Source: Sinorhizobium meliloti (lineage in GTDB: Bacteria; Pseudomonadota; Alphaproteobacteria; Rhizobiales; Rhizobiaceae). From it: a stretch of DNA of 32,000 bases. Both the position numbers and the translations under genes were made by a program. Numbering within the stretch: position 1 is the first letter of the stretch; each line of letters begins with the position of its first letter. The notes under the pieces are model-generated. The model made no database searches, was not told the DNA's origin, and saw only the letters and a list, made by a program, of their open reading frames with translations. The stretch spans positions 1,260,001 to 1,292,000 of the forward strand of contig NZ_JAGIOS010000003.1 in assembly GCF_017876815.1 (NCBI RefSeq), given 5' to 3'. Below are positions 31,460 to 32,000 of this stretch, piece by piece.

Positions 31460-31999
31460 TCAGGTTTTCAGATTTTCTAAGCGACGAGGACATCGACTGA
31501 AGGTCCGCGTTCGAAAATGATCCGCCGAGGGCCGGACGTCGTTCGCTCGGAGATTGCGAGCGCGGTGCCGAAGTTTGCATATCCCCCGCTGCTGCCTACT
31601 TTCTCTAGCCTGCTGGGTTGCAGCGATGCGTTCCTCGAAATCACTCTTCTTCCAGTAGAATGCCATTGTCGATGTGAGACCTTCGATTTTCTCGATGTGC
31701 TCCAGCCATTCGCCGACCAATTGCTCTGGATCCTCGTTGCGGCCAATCGAGTTCAAATCAAGCACATCCGCCGCTTCTTCGGTCGCTTGGTCGAAATTGC
31801 TGTAGAACTGGTCGGACATCCCGACCTTGGATGACGCTAGATTTGACGCGAGTGTGGCGAGCTCCATTGCATACTCCCGTTCGGGCGACACGTATCTAAA
31901 GATTTGGAGGCGAAGGTATCTGGCGTAGGCTCGCGCGTGGGGGAGATGGCTGTATCTTCCACCGGCAAGCTCGTCGATTAAAATGGGAAGCTTTCCCTC
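31460..31999 (-). CDS. Hypothetical protein whose 5' end runs off the window
   Basis: The minus frame is open from the window edge: EGKLPILIDELAGGRYSHLPHARAYARYLRLQIFRYVSPEREYAMELATL.... The track ORF (31460-31891) starts at an internal GTG. I recognise no family. Confidence 0.45.
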   Translation of the reverse strand, partial: EGKLPILIDELAGGRYSHLPHARAYARYLRLQIFRYVSPEREYAMELATLASNLASSKVGMSDQFYSNFDQATEEAADVLDLNSIGRNEDPEQLVGEWLEHIEKIEGLTSTMAFYWKKSDFEERIAATQQARESRQQRGICKLRHRARNLRANDVRPSADHFRTRTFSRCPRRLENLKT

Positions 32000-32000
32000 A

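Overview
This window is GC-rich accessory DNA that looks alphaproteobacterial and Rhizobiaceae-plasmid-like. That assignment is inferred from gene content such as a y4iL-like catalase, IS66 and IS21 elements, and many toxin-antitoxin (TA) modules. I saw no rRNA, tRNA or CRISPR array. (1) 1-6.7 kb is a TA and recombinase island. It holds Xre-RES, ParDE, an AbiEii-like nucleotidyltransferase remnant, a Phd/VapC pair, and an orphan Phd-like gene translationally coupled to a tyrosine recombinase. It also holds LysR, helicase and VOC gene remnants and a degenerate second copy of the recombinase 3' end. (2) 6.9-9.2 kb is an IS66-family-like element with 23-bp inverted repeats, a frameshifted transposase and an opposite-strand passenger ORF. 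(3) 9.2-16.3 kb on the minus strand is an operon-like block. In order it encodes a y4iL-like catalase-related heme protein, an unknown frameshifted ORF, a LodA/GoxA-family quinoprotein oxidase, a LodB-like flavoprotein, a secreted CxxCH protein, and a JAB/MPN gene inactivated by a 7-bp tandem duplication. (4) 16.7-20.3 kb is a visibly more AT-rich islet with a lipoprotein plus small-protein pair, integrase and IS66 remnants, and a gene split at a (TCCC)3 repeat. (5) 20.4-29.2 kb is one ORF of about 2047 codons. It has an N-terminal Mrr-like PD-(D/E)xK nuclease-like domain, a long helical region and no P-loop. An IS21-family insertion (istAB, TG..CA ends, identical 9-bp flanking repeat) splits it cleanly and in frame. 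An unknown 436-aa gene follows. The two most interesting items are the split giant ORF, a candidate uncharacterised conflict or defence protein, and the extended LodAB cluster. At least eight genes carry frameshifts, and three sit at short tandem or homopolymer repeats.
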